The notes under the pieces: model-generated | Seen by the model: only the letters and a program-made list of their open reading frames with translations | What the model was told of the DNA's origin: nothing | Databases searched by the model: none | Shown here: positions 36,244 to 48,212 of the stretch, piece by piece | Layout: every line of letters begins with the position of its first letter | Numbering within the stretch: position 1 is the stretch's first letter | Program-made: the position numbers and the translations under genes | From: Mesotaenium endlicherianum | Taxonomy: Eukaryota | Direction of reading: 5' to 3' | Length of the DNA stretch: 51,531 nt | Assembly: GCA_009602735.1 (NCBI GenBank) | Contig: WELA01001161.1 | Span: 82,467 to 133,997, forward strand

Positions 36244-39200
36244 ATGGGGGTTACCGAGACTTTTCTGGCCAAAGTCCGTCTCGATGAAGTCTCTGGATGG
36301 CACAGCGATCCAATCGTACTCAGCTTGCTGCTTCTAGTTGGCAGCATTGCCTCTTACTTCGGGCTATCACGTTACCCTGGTAAGTTCGTGAAGCTCCTAG
36401 CAAGATATATTTGAGATATGCTCCAGTTGCACGGGCCTCTGAGGATACATGGGTCAATATTCGCATATCGCAGCAAACCACTCACAGCTAGGTGTCTGGT
36501 GATGTAGGTCATGGATGAGGTGTGTAAGTTAAGGTTGCTGTAGAGTTGTATGTATCTCAATTCCTGTTCCTTTATTTGGCACTGATCATCTGCAGGTGGG
36601 GACCTTGGAGATTTACGTCTCGTTGCGCCGGCCTTGGCTGTCGCTGGGTCACTTACGGCTGCCTTCTGGATAGCATACATTTACCTTCTGCGTCCATTTT
36701 ACATGAAGTCACTTTTCAAGAAGTAAGTATCAGCCCAATATATCCAACGCCGTTTCTATCTCTCACCCTGACTGCAGTATGATTTCTCAAGTAGTGTTCT
36801 TGCTTGGCCAAATGGGGAAAGAAGCAGCCTGCAGGTCAATTTTAATCAAGTGTCAATAATTAAGTTTTCGCGTGCTGGAATGTGCGTTTTCTCATGTTAT
36901 GTGCAGGCTTGGAATTCCTGGCCCAGGATACAAGCCATGGTATGGTAGCATGGCAGAGTTGACTCCCATCATTAAGGGCTATGTAAAGAAGGAAAATCAA
37001 GCTGCACACGATGGTGCAGGTGTGGAGGCTAGAAAGATTCTGCCAGCCCATCGACACTGGTTCACTACTCATGGCAGTGTCTACCATTGGTTCCTTGGTC
37101 CCATGGATCGCATTGTGATTACCGACCCTGTCATGCTGAAAGAGGTATGGTTGACTTCCTTTCTTTTTATTGGGACATGTTTATGATTTTCAAATTGGCC
37201 CAAACTCAAATGCTGCCGATTTGTATCTTGCGTAATACTTTCTGCATTGTCGTGTTAATATGTTGTTTAGAAGAGGTGATGGCCCGTCAGTGGAAGTTTT
37301 TGTTCCTATTTCTGGAAAAGTGGAGGCATCAAGGGTACAGGCAGTATGTTCAGATGGTTGTTATGATTCAGACTATGTGTTCTATGTGCAGACTCCTTGT
37401 TTGTTACACAATCAGCTTGGTTGAGGTTGAGTTTTTGCTTGTGTGAGTATCAGTAGGCTGCACTCTGAGGCAATGCCGGGGCCAATCTTGGCACCTCTGA
37501 ACTTCTGAGGGCTGTTGACGCATGTACATGCTTTCCTGGTGACATCAATTAATCCTCAGAAACCACCTGGATTTGTTTCTGCAGATGTTGATGAAGAGTG
37601 GTTACCAGGGAGATTTTGGTAAAAGCCCCTTCCCAAGGCACATGGCGCTGAAATTCCTGGGCAACAGTAGTCTTCTCATTGCTAATGGTGAAGGCTGGCA
37701 CCATACCCGCAAGTTGCTCAACCCTGCATTCTACCACCAAGAGCTGAGTGTAAGTTCCTATGTTTCAACATGATGTGCGAGAGGATGCAAGAAGTGCAGA
37801 TGAGAGTGGCACTGCTAGTTTTATTTATGGGGGTTTCTGCTTCCTAATCTGCGTGCTTTCAATTCTGGACCAATTGCTAAATTTCTATCTGTATTGCTGG
37901 GAAGTTTTCTAAGCTTTTGTATGTCTTTTGACATGCAGGTCATGTTCAAGCATGCCATTGAGGCTGCCGATAGGAACCTGGGAGCGTGGGAGAAAAAGAT
38001 TGATGCCAACGGTGGAAAACTGGAGCAGGACATGCATCGTGCATTCAACCATCTCACTCTTGATGTCGCTGGATCATCTTTCCTGGGCACTCACGACTTC
38101 GAGGATCCAAAGACTGCAGGTGTGTTGACAAGAAAATTGCCTGCGTGGTCTCAGAATTTGGGAGATTCTGCACCTTCAGGACTTCCTGTTGTCATCCGCA
38201 ACCTGACTCGCATTTGCCGCTTGATTTGCAGATTTCCTCTACGATGCCTTCATGGGCATTAACCTGGGCATCTTCTACAACCTGTTCTTCAAGGGTCAAC
38301 TACAGGTTCCACTCTTCTCGTACGTATTCTTTCCAAGTGTAACTCAATTTACTTCTAAGATTCGCCTCTCTTTTTCATTAAGTTTCCTTGTTAAAGCTGG
38401 GGAAAGCAAGGTACGAGCCAGCCATGTCAGTTGTGCTAGATAGACCTGTCCTTAAGTGGTAAGCCTGGTTGACCTTGTCCACACACTCGTCTTAAGGAGT
38501 ACTACAAACTGGGTGGTTCGGAACTGTTAGTTACATACTGCTGGGGACTCTGTGAGGAGTCATGATGATAAAGAAGATGTGAGACCTAATGGACTCGGAA
38601 CTGGGGGAATAGATGGGAGAGTCCTCACAGGCAAGGATTTGGGGGTACAAAGGTGGGTAAAAGCTTTGGTGATAGTATTGAGCTTTAGTGACGCTTGGAG
38701 TGATGGCAGTTGTTCATAGAAAGGGATATGTGGGGTACAAACATGGGGGATACTAATTGGATGTCATTTGCATTGTTCAGGTACTTGCCCCTACCCTCCA
38801 ACCTCAAGATTGCTTACCTTACCAGAGGGGTCCGTGGAATGCTGAGGAATTTGATTAAGAAGAAGAAGGCCAACCTAGCCCTAGCAACTTCAAAGCTCCC
38901 CCAGGATCAGGTGCACTCTAGGTTCTCCACTCTGTTTTGCATCGAGAATTCACTAAGAATGCCGCTCAGGATGGAGTGGGCATGATTATATTTTGGTGAC
39001 ATGCAAATACTTATATTGCCTTGCCCTCTCCTGGAAGTACTCAGTAATTCTCCTTGTTTCTATGTGTGTTGACTAATGGCCAATGGTCCTGTTTCAATTT
39101 GCAGCCTGATATGCTTGCCCGACTGGTCGCGGCTCAGCAGTCATACGATGACTATCAGCTGTCAGACACAGAGGTCGAGGATCAGGCCATGACCTTCCTC

Positions 39201-40371
39201 TTCGCGGGACATGAGACTACCACCTCTGTAAGATTCATCATGTCTCTCATCCCGTTACGACTAAGTTTCTGTTTGCAAGTTCAAGGCCCACTGAGTACCC
39301 ATTGGGTAAGTGCAGTTACATAGGAAATGTACTTACTACGGGGTTCACGGAGATACCTAAGCAGGTTCCCGTCTCTGTACATTGCAGCTGCTGTCATGGA
39401 CAAGTCTGCTGCTGGCACGCAACCCTGAATGGAGGGAGAAGGCTCGGCAAGAAGTTCTGGAGATTTGCGGAGAGAATGGTCCCATTGAGTGGGACCACTT
39501 GTGGCAGATGAAGAATCTGCAGATGATTCTGTTCGAGTCGATGAGGCTGTACCCTCCTGCTCCCCTTTTCATGCGCGAGGTGTATGGCAAGGACGTGAAG
39601 CTGGGCAAGTACACGGTAAGAGCCACAATGCCTTGTATATGTATGAGGTTTTATGCTTAGATGCCTATTTGACAGTGGTATGTTGTCTTGAAGTGTTCTG
39701 TATGCTGTGTATTTCCTCCTTAAATCTGTCGGACTTGGGATCGTTGGTCTTTGGAGGGTTACACGAGTATGATCAACCAGTATATTTTTGTCCTACATGT
39801 CAGCTGGTGAGGGAGCTGTCTGTCTTGTAGAGCTGGATAATCTAATAATAATTCAGCTGATTTGATTTGCAGCTTCCGGAGGGTATCCAGATCCAAGTAA
39901 ACATCTACCTTTGCCATCATGATCCACGTTACTGGGAAGATCCAGGTACTGGCAGCAACAATTTTCCCCCCTCTTTTATGTGTTGTCAGAGTCAATGGCT
40001 TCTTCAGATTATGTGGCTACTTGCTCGCCCTGTCAGAAGATGCACTGTGTGAGCATTGTATGGCAAGTCCCTAACATGCCGTCATTTGTCTCTACGCAGA
40101 GGAGTTCAAGCCTGAGAGGTTTGCTGATGGACAAGCTGCTGCAGCTAAGCACCCAAATTCGTACTTTCCCTTTGGCTTTGGGCCCCGATCATGCATTGGC
40201 AAGAATGTTGCCATGGCTGAGGGCAAGCTGGTTATTGCGGAGATGTTGAGAAGATTCGACTGGAGCATCTCTCCCAACTACCGCCATGTTCCCTACATCC
40301 ATTTCTCTCTGTACCCTAAGAATGGCATGCCCATGGTCATCACAAGGCGGGAGAGGCCCGCCACCAAGTAA
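36244..40371 (+). CDS. Cytochrome P450, CYP72-clan-like
   Basis: 11 in-frame exons: 36244-36379, 36596-36722, 36907-37144 (GIPGPGYKPWYG), 37585-37749 (LLIANGEGWHHTRKLLNPAFY), 37939-38119, 38232-38319, 38781-38910, 39105-39227 (TFLFAGHETT), 39388-39615 (EWREKARQEV, ESMRLYPP), 39873-39945, 40100-40371 (FKPERF, YFPFGFGPRSCIG with the heme Cys). An acceptor directly before the ATG implies a 5'-UTR intron. Confidence 0.93.
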
Positions 40372-41240
40372 CTTTCTTGTAGACACTTTTAAGATGGATT
40401 TTTTCTGGGATTACCTGGGATTGATAGACTTTCTTGTGAATAGATATATATACATAGCTCATTAATCAAATTGCTAAGAGAAAGGACATCTTTAGTGTAA
40501 ACTATCTGAAAACTTTAATAAATTTCATTGTTATTCCGTCCTGTGATTGAATCAAATCTTCAAGTTGTAATATGTGTCCAACGTGTAACTTGTGCTCTCT
40601 GTCATTTGACAAATTTGGGCGGAAGTCAGAAAAAATAAATGTCTGATGTCTGGCGTGGGTTGAGGGCTGACTTGCAGTTTGAGGAATTCGATCAACAGAA
40701 GCTTCTTACTGTTTGAGCGACATGCTCTTCTTCCTATCTATATGTCCTGATTTTATTTTTTTTCAATTTCAAATTGAAAGTTTGAAATGTCGCAAACAAC
40801 TTAGTAGTGTGTGAGCAAAAAATCATGTTCTCCAACTTGACTCACAAGACCCCATTTCTTGATGTGAGAAATTTGCCCTCGTATTGCCGTTGCAGCAGGT
40901 CAAGGAAGTAACTTGCGACACTTGCGCTTTATTTTTCTCGAGCCTTCAGAGAAATGGCAGGTAGGCCTTTTTGGCAGGCATCCAGCAACATATGATAGCA
41001 CATTGCACGACACACACTCCATTGGGTTGCAACAGACGATTCTCAACACGCACTCATCTGGTGATTAGCCTACGGGCATTCTGAATAGGAGCAGCCAACT
41101 CTCGTGGACGTCGCTGTCAACGGATTAGATGAGCACCCATACCCACACAGCGTTGCTAGCAGACTCAATGCGGAGGAACTCGAGCACTTGCATGCAGAAA
41201 TCTTGAGAGCGAAACCTGGCAGTTAGACTGAACATCCCCC

Positions 41241-41666
41241 ATGGCAGACGCAACTTTCAGAGCTGTGCAGCAAACAATTACCCAGCAGACGGCTTTTGCT
41301 ATCCTCGTAATAGCTCAAGCCGTCCATAAGCTCCTGGAGGAGGTGGATGGCATTGCCAAGGAGAGGCTTAGAAGCTCTCGTGACGACGCTGAGCTAGCAC
41401 AATAGCTCCAGTGTTTGAAGCAAACGAGCGAGGTGACGGGCATGGGCAAGTTGTCGGAGAGCAACCACGTGCTAATGAAGGCAATGACTGGCTGGGCGGA
41501 CCTTTTTCACAACTGCCAGGACTTGCTTGAGCTAGGCGACATTGACAAGGCTCGCACGGAGCTCCAGAATGCTTTGGCCTTATAAAGCTGCTGCACACAG
41601 CCCATTAGGACAAGGCTAGCCATGGCCAATGATGCTCGCGTCTGTAGGGTGGAGGTGGGAAAATAA
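41241..41666 (+). pseudogene. Stop-interrupted ORF relic, possibly a retroelement (DIRS/Ngaro-like) gag fragment
   Basis: 142-codon frame MADATFRAVQQ...ELAQ*LQCLK...DLLELGDIDKARTELQNALAL*SCCTQPIRTRLAMANDARVCRVEVGK* with TAG at 41403 and TAA at 41583. Helical and protein-like; the gag resemblance is from memory only. Confidence 0.4.
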
Positions 41667-42763
41667 CTTCAGGTAGGAGTAAGGTGACCCTTTGAACAAA
41701 AAGCTACTGTAGGTGATTGTGTCACGTGCCTTCGTAGTGCTAGATAAAATTAAGGGCTTCCATATTTGTTATTCTGGTAGTAGACTTCAATTGAGTAGTG
41801 TACATGAGTTAAGTAGCCTCTCAAATTAGTTGCATAGGTTTAGAACACGCATGGTAGCATGTCACTACTTACCTTCTACTCCTTGTGATACGACTAATAT
41901 TGTATATCCCTTTCAGGAATTATAGAACTTTGGACAAAAATTGTCAACGCTTACTTTTTTATTACTTTTCAGAAGATAATCCCATCGAACATGATTGAAT
42001 CTTTTCAAAAATAATATGAAAGAGAGCAAGATCTGATGATAATGACATGGAAGTCTTTGCAATGCGCATGCTAGTGCACAACATCGAGTGTCGAGATGAC
42101 TAGAACTTCATATTGCTTGCTCTATCGTCAATCATCACTGTCACAAAACTTTTGCAATTTTGAATTACAGCTATCTCAAGTGTCACATATAAACTATACA
42201 ATGGGATTAGCAGGCTCTCAACACCATACGGGAGAAGGAATCACTTATGAAGTAATTCTTGGATAGGTGGACCAGCCAGCATAGGCAAGAAATGACCTCG
42301 TCTTTGCATGTGCAATAAAGAAGCTAAAAACTCGAGCACGCCATGCATAGCGGCTGCGGCCTTCGCAGGTATCTCACATCCTCCGGAGAGCTCACTTACT
42401 TGCTGTGACCACATGCAAGCAAGAGCGCAGCACCACTATTTCAGCAAATAAGGTGGCAGCTACATGCATGCAAATGAGCACAAGGGGCACAACAGCAGCA
42501 CTGGAGATCATCAGCATATCAGGCAAGCACCAAAAGCATCAGAAAAAAGCGTAGTGCCACCTCGTAATCTCCGCATATGAAAACTTGTAGAGAGAGTCCC
42601 TCCAATTCCAAGCACAACGACGGAGGAGCTGGGGCCCCCCCGTTTTTCCCTCTCACACCTGCCGGCACGCCCTTCAGGACTCCGAGCAACTGAAAATACA
42701 CCTGAACAGGCCCAGGCGCAGGCTCAGGCTCAGACGCAGGCAGAGAGAGGTCGTGCTTCCTAC

Positions 42764-44142
42764 TCACCCTTGCAGAAGCCGCAAGATCCGGAGAAACAGA
42801 TTGATTATGTCGAGGTACAGGTTGACGCTCGCCCACACGTACTCATCGTAGGAGTGATCTGCGCGCCGACCCGCCCGCCCGCCCGCCCACCCGCCCCCGC
42901 AGCAATCAGCACGATGCCCGCCTCGCGCGCAGCCTTGTCCCCCCCAAGTCACCAGGGGGTGGGTCACTCCCATTTTCTATTTGATTCCAAAGTGCCACTG
43001 AGCACACTGACTCACGGGCGCACACTGTCCGGAGAGGGGGGCCAGGGCCATGAGGCCACCGCAATCGCCAGCTCCCCTAGAGCTAACCTCCTGAAATCCT
43101 ACGCCCCCACGATGCGGATCTGGCCACGATCTTGCGGCGCTGCCGAGGCCGCAAAAGTCGTCATCTTGAAGCTCGCACGAGCGCGCTGGCTGGCAGGCTG
43201 GCTGGTCGGCTGGCAGGCTGGCACCGCCACTTGGCGAGAGAGGTCCAAGCTCTGTGAGGCAGGCATGCGCGTGCGGCAGCTGCACTTGGGAAGGTCGTGA
43301 CGGCACACTGGAGGCCTGCCAGAGGCCGTTTTGCCGGAAAAATCTGCGCTCAAGCGCTGCCTGACCTGGCCCGGCCCGGCCCGCGCCGCCCAGCCCAGCT
43401 TAGGGAGGTCAGAGCAGAGCAGACTCCGCAGAAGAGGTCCGCCCAGTCAGCGCCCTTCTGCTGCTTCATGGTGGGACACATGTTCTTTCAGATAACAGGG
43501 GCCATTTGCTGCACCAAGTGCCAGACACGCACACATTCGTGCGCGCAGGCACACACGCGCACAGATACGAGCATACACACACAGAGAAAAAGAGAGCGAG
43601 CGAGAGAGCGAGAAAGAGGGGCTGCTTGACTTACGCTTCATGAGCATGTGTGTGTCGTAGACGATGTAAGCGCTGAACAACAGGGCTCCCAGTAGCGAGT
43701 AGATGCCCCTGATTGATGGCCGCCCACCAGGCCCCCACAGCGTCACACCCACCCACCCGCGCGCGCACACACACACACACACACGCACACACTTGTGAAG
43801 ACGCAGCCATGAGGGGAACTGGACTGGGCCTGGGGCTGCGTGCCGTCAGAGAACTGCTGGGCTATCCCACTGCTTCTGGCACCCCACGTGAGGGGGACAA
43901 GGAAAGGGATAAATGCCGAGTGTTATCGTCAAGATCCACCACCACAGATCCTGCCAGATATCTATCGCCAAAAATCACGCTTCATCATCAGTGCCACAAA
44001 GAAGCAGTCAGAATCCGATGCCAGAGGTAAGTGGCAAAAATGGTCCAAGGTGACCTCCAAAAGTGCCACTGCCAACTCTAGGCCCTTAACTGGATGAGAG
44101 TGCACATGCCATCAACTGGAGGGGAGGAAGGGGGGGGGGGGN

Positions 44143-44180
<38 letters not shown>

Positions 44181-47100
44181 ATCCTGCGTGTGCCAGGTGG
44201 CAGCGGAGGAGGACTCACTGGCTGAGAGGGCCGGGCGGGAAGAAGAATTGGATGAAGCCCCACACGAGGAGCACCAGCAGGCAGCTGTAGAGGATGGAGC
44301 CCCACTGGCTGCGCCTCCCCACATGTTCGCATCCATGCACGCACGCACGCACGCACGCACGCAGACACACGCAGACACACAAACACACACACGCGCGCGT
44401 CATCAGCCTCCACAGGCACGGCGCGCCCAACTTGCGTCAACCCTGTCATGCTAACCGGCACAAACGAGCACCTTTTCACTTTTCTTGCTCCCTCCCCGTA
44501 CACACACACACACACACACACACGCACGCGCGCGCGATCGCGCACGCATGCATGCTGAGAGAGCAAGCAGAGCCTGCAAAGGGAAAGGGGGGGAGGCAGG
44601 AGGTGTGCACCTGAAGTCATGGCCCTTGCTGGTGGCATAGAAGGTGTAGGCGGTGAGGGAGCCCACCACGGCCGCCGTCAGCACCAGCGCCTCCACCACC
44701 AGCAGCCCTGCCTCCCTCCCCACCCCCCCCAGCCCAAGCCACCCGTAGCCGCCTCAGCAGTCATCTTAGCAGCAGCCACAGCAGCAGCACAGTCAATAAT
44801 GACGCCCCCCCCTCTGCCCCCCNNNNNNNNNNNNNNNNNNNNNNNNNNNNNNNNNNNNNNNNNNNNNNCCCCCTCCCCCCCTTCCTTCTTGGCCTTGCCA
44901 GAGAGAGGCTGCTGCAGAAGAAGGCTCCCAGACACTCTGCTAGAAAGCTGTTTCTGTAAGGGCCGAGGTGCTGCGAGAGAGCGCCATGCACGGTCCCGCC
45001 GCAGCGACAAGGTCAAGCGCTGCGGCGAGCGCGGCCAGCCCGTGTGAGACAAGAAGTCGAAAGCTGATGATGGGGTACGCCGTGTCGCAAGCGAGGCCAC
45101 AGGCGATGCCAGCTGGCGCTCCGGTGATGGGGAACGCCGTGTCGCAAGCGAGGCCACGGGCGATGCCAGCTGGCGCCAGCACGAAGCGACAGCTGAGGTC
45201 CGCCAGCCGCCAATGCGCTGATTCGGTTCGCCCTGGCACCAGGTGGTAGGTAGCGTGCTGTGACGCACAGCAGTACCCCTCGCAGCACATTGCAGCATGC
45301 AGTGCAGCATGGGGCTAGCTCGCGTGAGCAAGTTCAAGAAATGGACATAGCATGAGCTCTGTCAGGGCTCCGTTTTCCGTTCACACTGGACTTCCAGCTA
45401 GTGTTTTGAGGTTTGGGTAAGGGCAGGCTAGAGGGGCAAAAGAGCCGGGCTGTCTCTGGCCAGCGGAGCTTACCGCTGGTGGCGCTGCACACGGCGCCGA
45501 CCAGCACGCTCAGGCTCGCCGTCTGCACCAACGACACGCGCATGAGCACGGATGCACAACCCTTAGCTTACACCTGGGTGTGGGGCGACCTCATTGTCTC
45601 TCTCTCCCTCTCTCTCAATATGTGCATCTGTGTTTGAGCACGTGCGTCCGTGCGTGTGTGTGTGAAAGAGAGAGAGGAGAGGAGAGGAGAGGAGAGGAGA
45701 AGAGGAGGGGAGGGAGGGAGGGAGGGAGGAGGGAGGGAGGGAGAGAGAGAAGTATGTGCATGTCAAACTGTAGGTTGTGCATGCACACTCTCCCCAGCAC
45801 GCGCTTGCGCTCTCGTACTTGTTTGCTTGTGTGTGTGAGCAATCCCTCCTTATTTGAACCTCTGAAAGATGCCGCCCAGGCGTCGCGAGCCTGACCATGC
45901 GCCAGCTATCACACGTGCACTGTCAGTGCGCCGCCTATCATGTCCACAGGGCCCATCCAATCCGCCCTGCCCGCGAGCGGTGTGAAGGAAACAGATGCCT
46001 CATGCATGCATGCATGCATGCTGCGCGCGCGAGGGCGGCATCGCGGACGTACCCAGACGCCCAGGAGGGCCAGGTTCAGAGGATGGCTATGGCGGTAGAT
46101 GTAGAGCGGGATCATAGCTGCGCCGTTCAAATTCCCCCACACCACACCGAGAAAAGAGAGAGAAAAAAAGGAGAAGAGGAGAGCCCGCGTGTGTACGTCA
46201 GCACTTCACTCGGTGGCGACTACGAGCTCGCCACCTGGCAGCCACCGCAGCGACGCCAGAAGGCTGAAAGACTGCAGGCCGGATACACGTCCATCATCAT
46301 TGTCATCATCATCGGCCCTAGAGGCCCCTGACCAGGAACTTTCCAGCTAGAGTTGTTCCACGTCCCTACAATAGTGCTGTCTACTCAGCAGCAGCCACCA
46401 GCACCAGCCACCCCTAAAGACTTTGACTCGAGGCACGTTGCATGCCCCTTGGTGGGGTCAATCGACGCACCCAGAGTGGGACAATCTGTGCTGAAGCACA
46501 CAACAGGGCTCTGACTCCTGGTGCCAAGTCTACGAAGCTAACACAACTTTGTGCTGCTGCTCTCTGTCCTGGTGGGAGACATCTATGTCCCGAGAAGTCA
46601 AGTCGCCAAGACGACATAGGCCCAAACAGAACATTGAAGACTGTCGGAGAAAGAGACTGGCACTGTCATAGAACGAGATGAGCGGAGCCGTGGAGCAATG
46701 CAGAGGTCGGCGCAGTCATGTGGTAGATGGCATGAAGAATAATAAGCCACCCTACAGAGCAGGTACTACAATTCTTTCCTCGATCAAAATGGAAACTAAT
46801 TGACCATCTGCTCGTCTACAAGGGGCCAGGCACTTGAACTTTGTCTCCACAACTAAGCAGGCACACTGCGTGACACCTGGCTTCAGCTATCTTTCTCTCG
46901 CTCATTACCTTTAGCTTACTTTGCGCTGCTCGTACGTCTGCTCAGCGAAGCAGACATCAAGAGAACTTGACGGGCCTGGAAGACAACAGATTCCCGAACG
47001 TTTGACCGAAAACGAAACGCGTACTTACTGAGAAACGGCAAGATGAAAGTGACGATCTGAAAGGGCACATTGCCCAACACAAAATTGCTGGCGCTTGGTA

Positions 47101-47299
47101 TGAAGGCCAAACACGAGGAGACGACGATGGTAAGCGCAAGCTGGATGCTGATAATGCCATACACTTTGCGGAGGAAGCCCCATCGTAAGATGCTGTCAGT
47201 CATGCCAGCCCCAGAGTAAAGCATGTCGTCCTTTGACCCCATTTCAAGGTCTTCAACATTGCTACTCTTCACTAAGCTCTTTGATTCTGTGGAATCCAT
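42764..47299 (-). CDS. BI1-like / Lifeguard (TMBIM family) membrane protein
   Basis: Exons 47299-47029 (LRWGFLRKVYGIISIQL), 46117-46053 (PLYIYRHSHPLNLALLGVW), 45522-45474, 44707-44611 (VEALVLTAAVVGSLTAYTFYATSKGHDFS), 44308-44219, 43708-43635 (LGALLFSAYIVYDT), 42858-42764 (YDEYVWASVNLYLDIINLFLRIL). The last codons may instead be spliced at 42768. Confidence 0.93.
45068..45176. repeat. 57-bp-period tandem duplication in a BI1-like intron
   Basis: tgatggggWacgccgtgtcgcaagcgaggccacRggcgatgccagctggcgc at 45068 and 45125, with 2 mismatches in 52 nt. Confidence 0.9.
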
Positions 47300-48212
47300 A
47301 GGGTTTGTCACGGGTCTGATGGTGCGGCTAGAGAGAAGCGTCTCAATAACACAAGTCTCCGCAGAGTAAAAGAAAGCAATGCTCTTCCTAACGATTTTTT
47401 AAGACTCTAGGTGATACGGATTACAAGGTATCCATATTAAGGTGCTGTTATGCCAAGTGGGCAGAAGGCTGAGACAATTAGTCTTGTCCGTGACTTGACT
47501 TCTGGTAATGAAATGTCACGACAGCGTTCTGACATCTTGATTACCTTTTTTTCAAGTGCGTGCCCGCTTTGTGTCATCTAAGGAGATATTGTCGCACAGG
47601 CATCGCAGCGCATCGCATTGTACAGAAGTTGCGCTCTAGAAGCAGGTGGTGTTGACTGGTGTTGACGGTCCTGATGGGCGGGCGCGGATCGCAGGAGATC
47701 CCAGGAGCCTACAAAAGCTCCGACTTCGATGTACTTTCGTCAATGACAACAGTTGGGGCATTACACGATAGTACAACAATGCACGCCGAACTTCCGACGT
47801 GCTCGTAAGACCGTACGACATGTATGTTTGACTTCAAAATTGGGGCCCAATTGCCTAAGTTTTGCTTTCGAGGTATTTGTGACACTGTGTGCGCCAGCAG
47901 ACCTCGTTTCGATATGCTAGTATTCCTATGGAAGGACGACAACAAGCTCAGGGACAGCAACGAACAGCTAATTCATATGCACCAATCACTTCCTGTGCTA
48001 ACGTCCTCATATGTTGATGGTTGAGCTGCTCTCTTGCGCATTCTACAATATACTGGTGCCTCGTTCGCGTGTCTGACGCGAATAATCGCCGAGACTTATA
48101 TTATCTGAAAGCAAGTGATATTGAGGACAACGATACGGTGCCGGGGAATGCAGTTGGTGGGGGGCATGGCCTTGGAGAAGTTTGTAGCAATAGAGAGAAG
48201 CAGCCCTTCCGA
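47300..48212. promoter_or_regulatory. Probable bidirectional promoter between BI1-like (-) and DET1 (+)
   Basis: 913 bp between divergent ATGs, free of long microsatellites. Confidence 0.6.

Noticed and set aside
38550..38630. Intronic ATGATGA within a short inverted repeat (C/D snoRNA candidate)
   Set aside because: No D box (CTGA) before the closing stem.
41241..41666. Stop-codon reassignment (TAA/TAG read as Gln)
   Set aside because: Intact genes in the window end normally at TAG (ARM) and TAA (P450, F-box) and have no internal stops.
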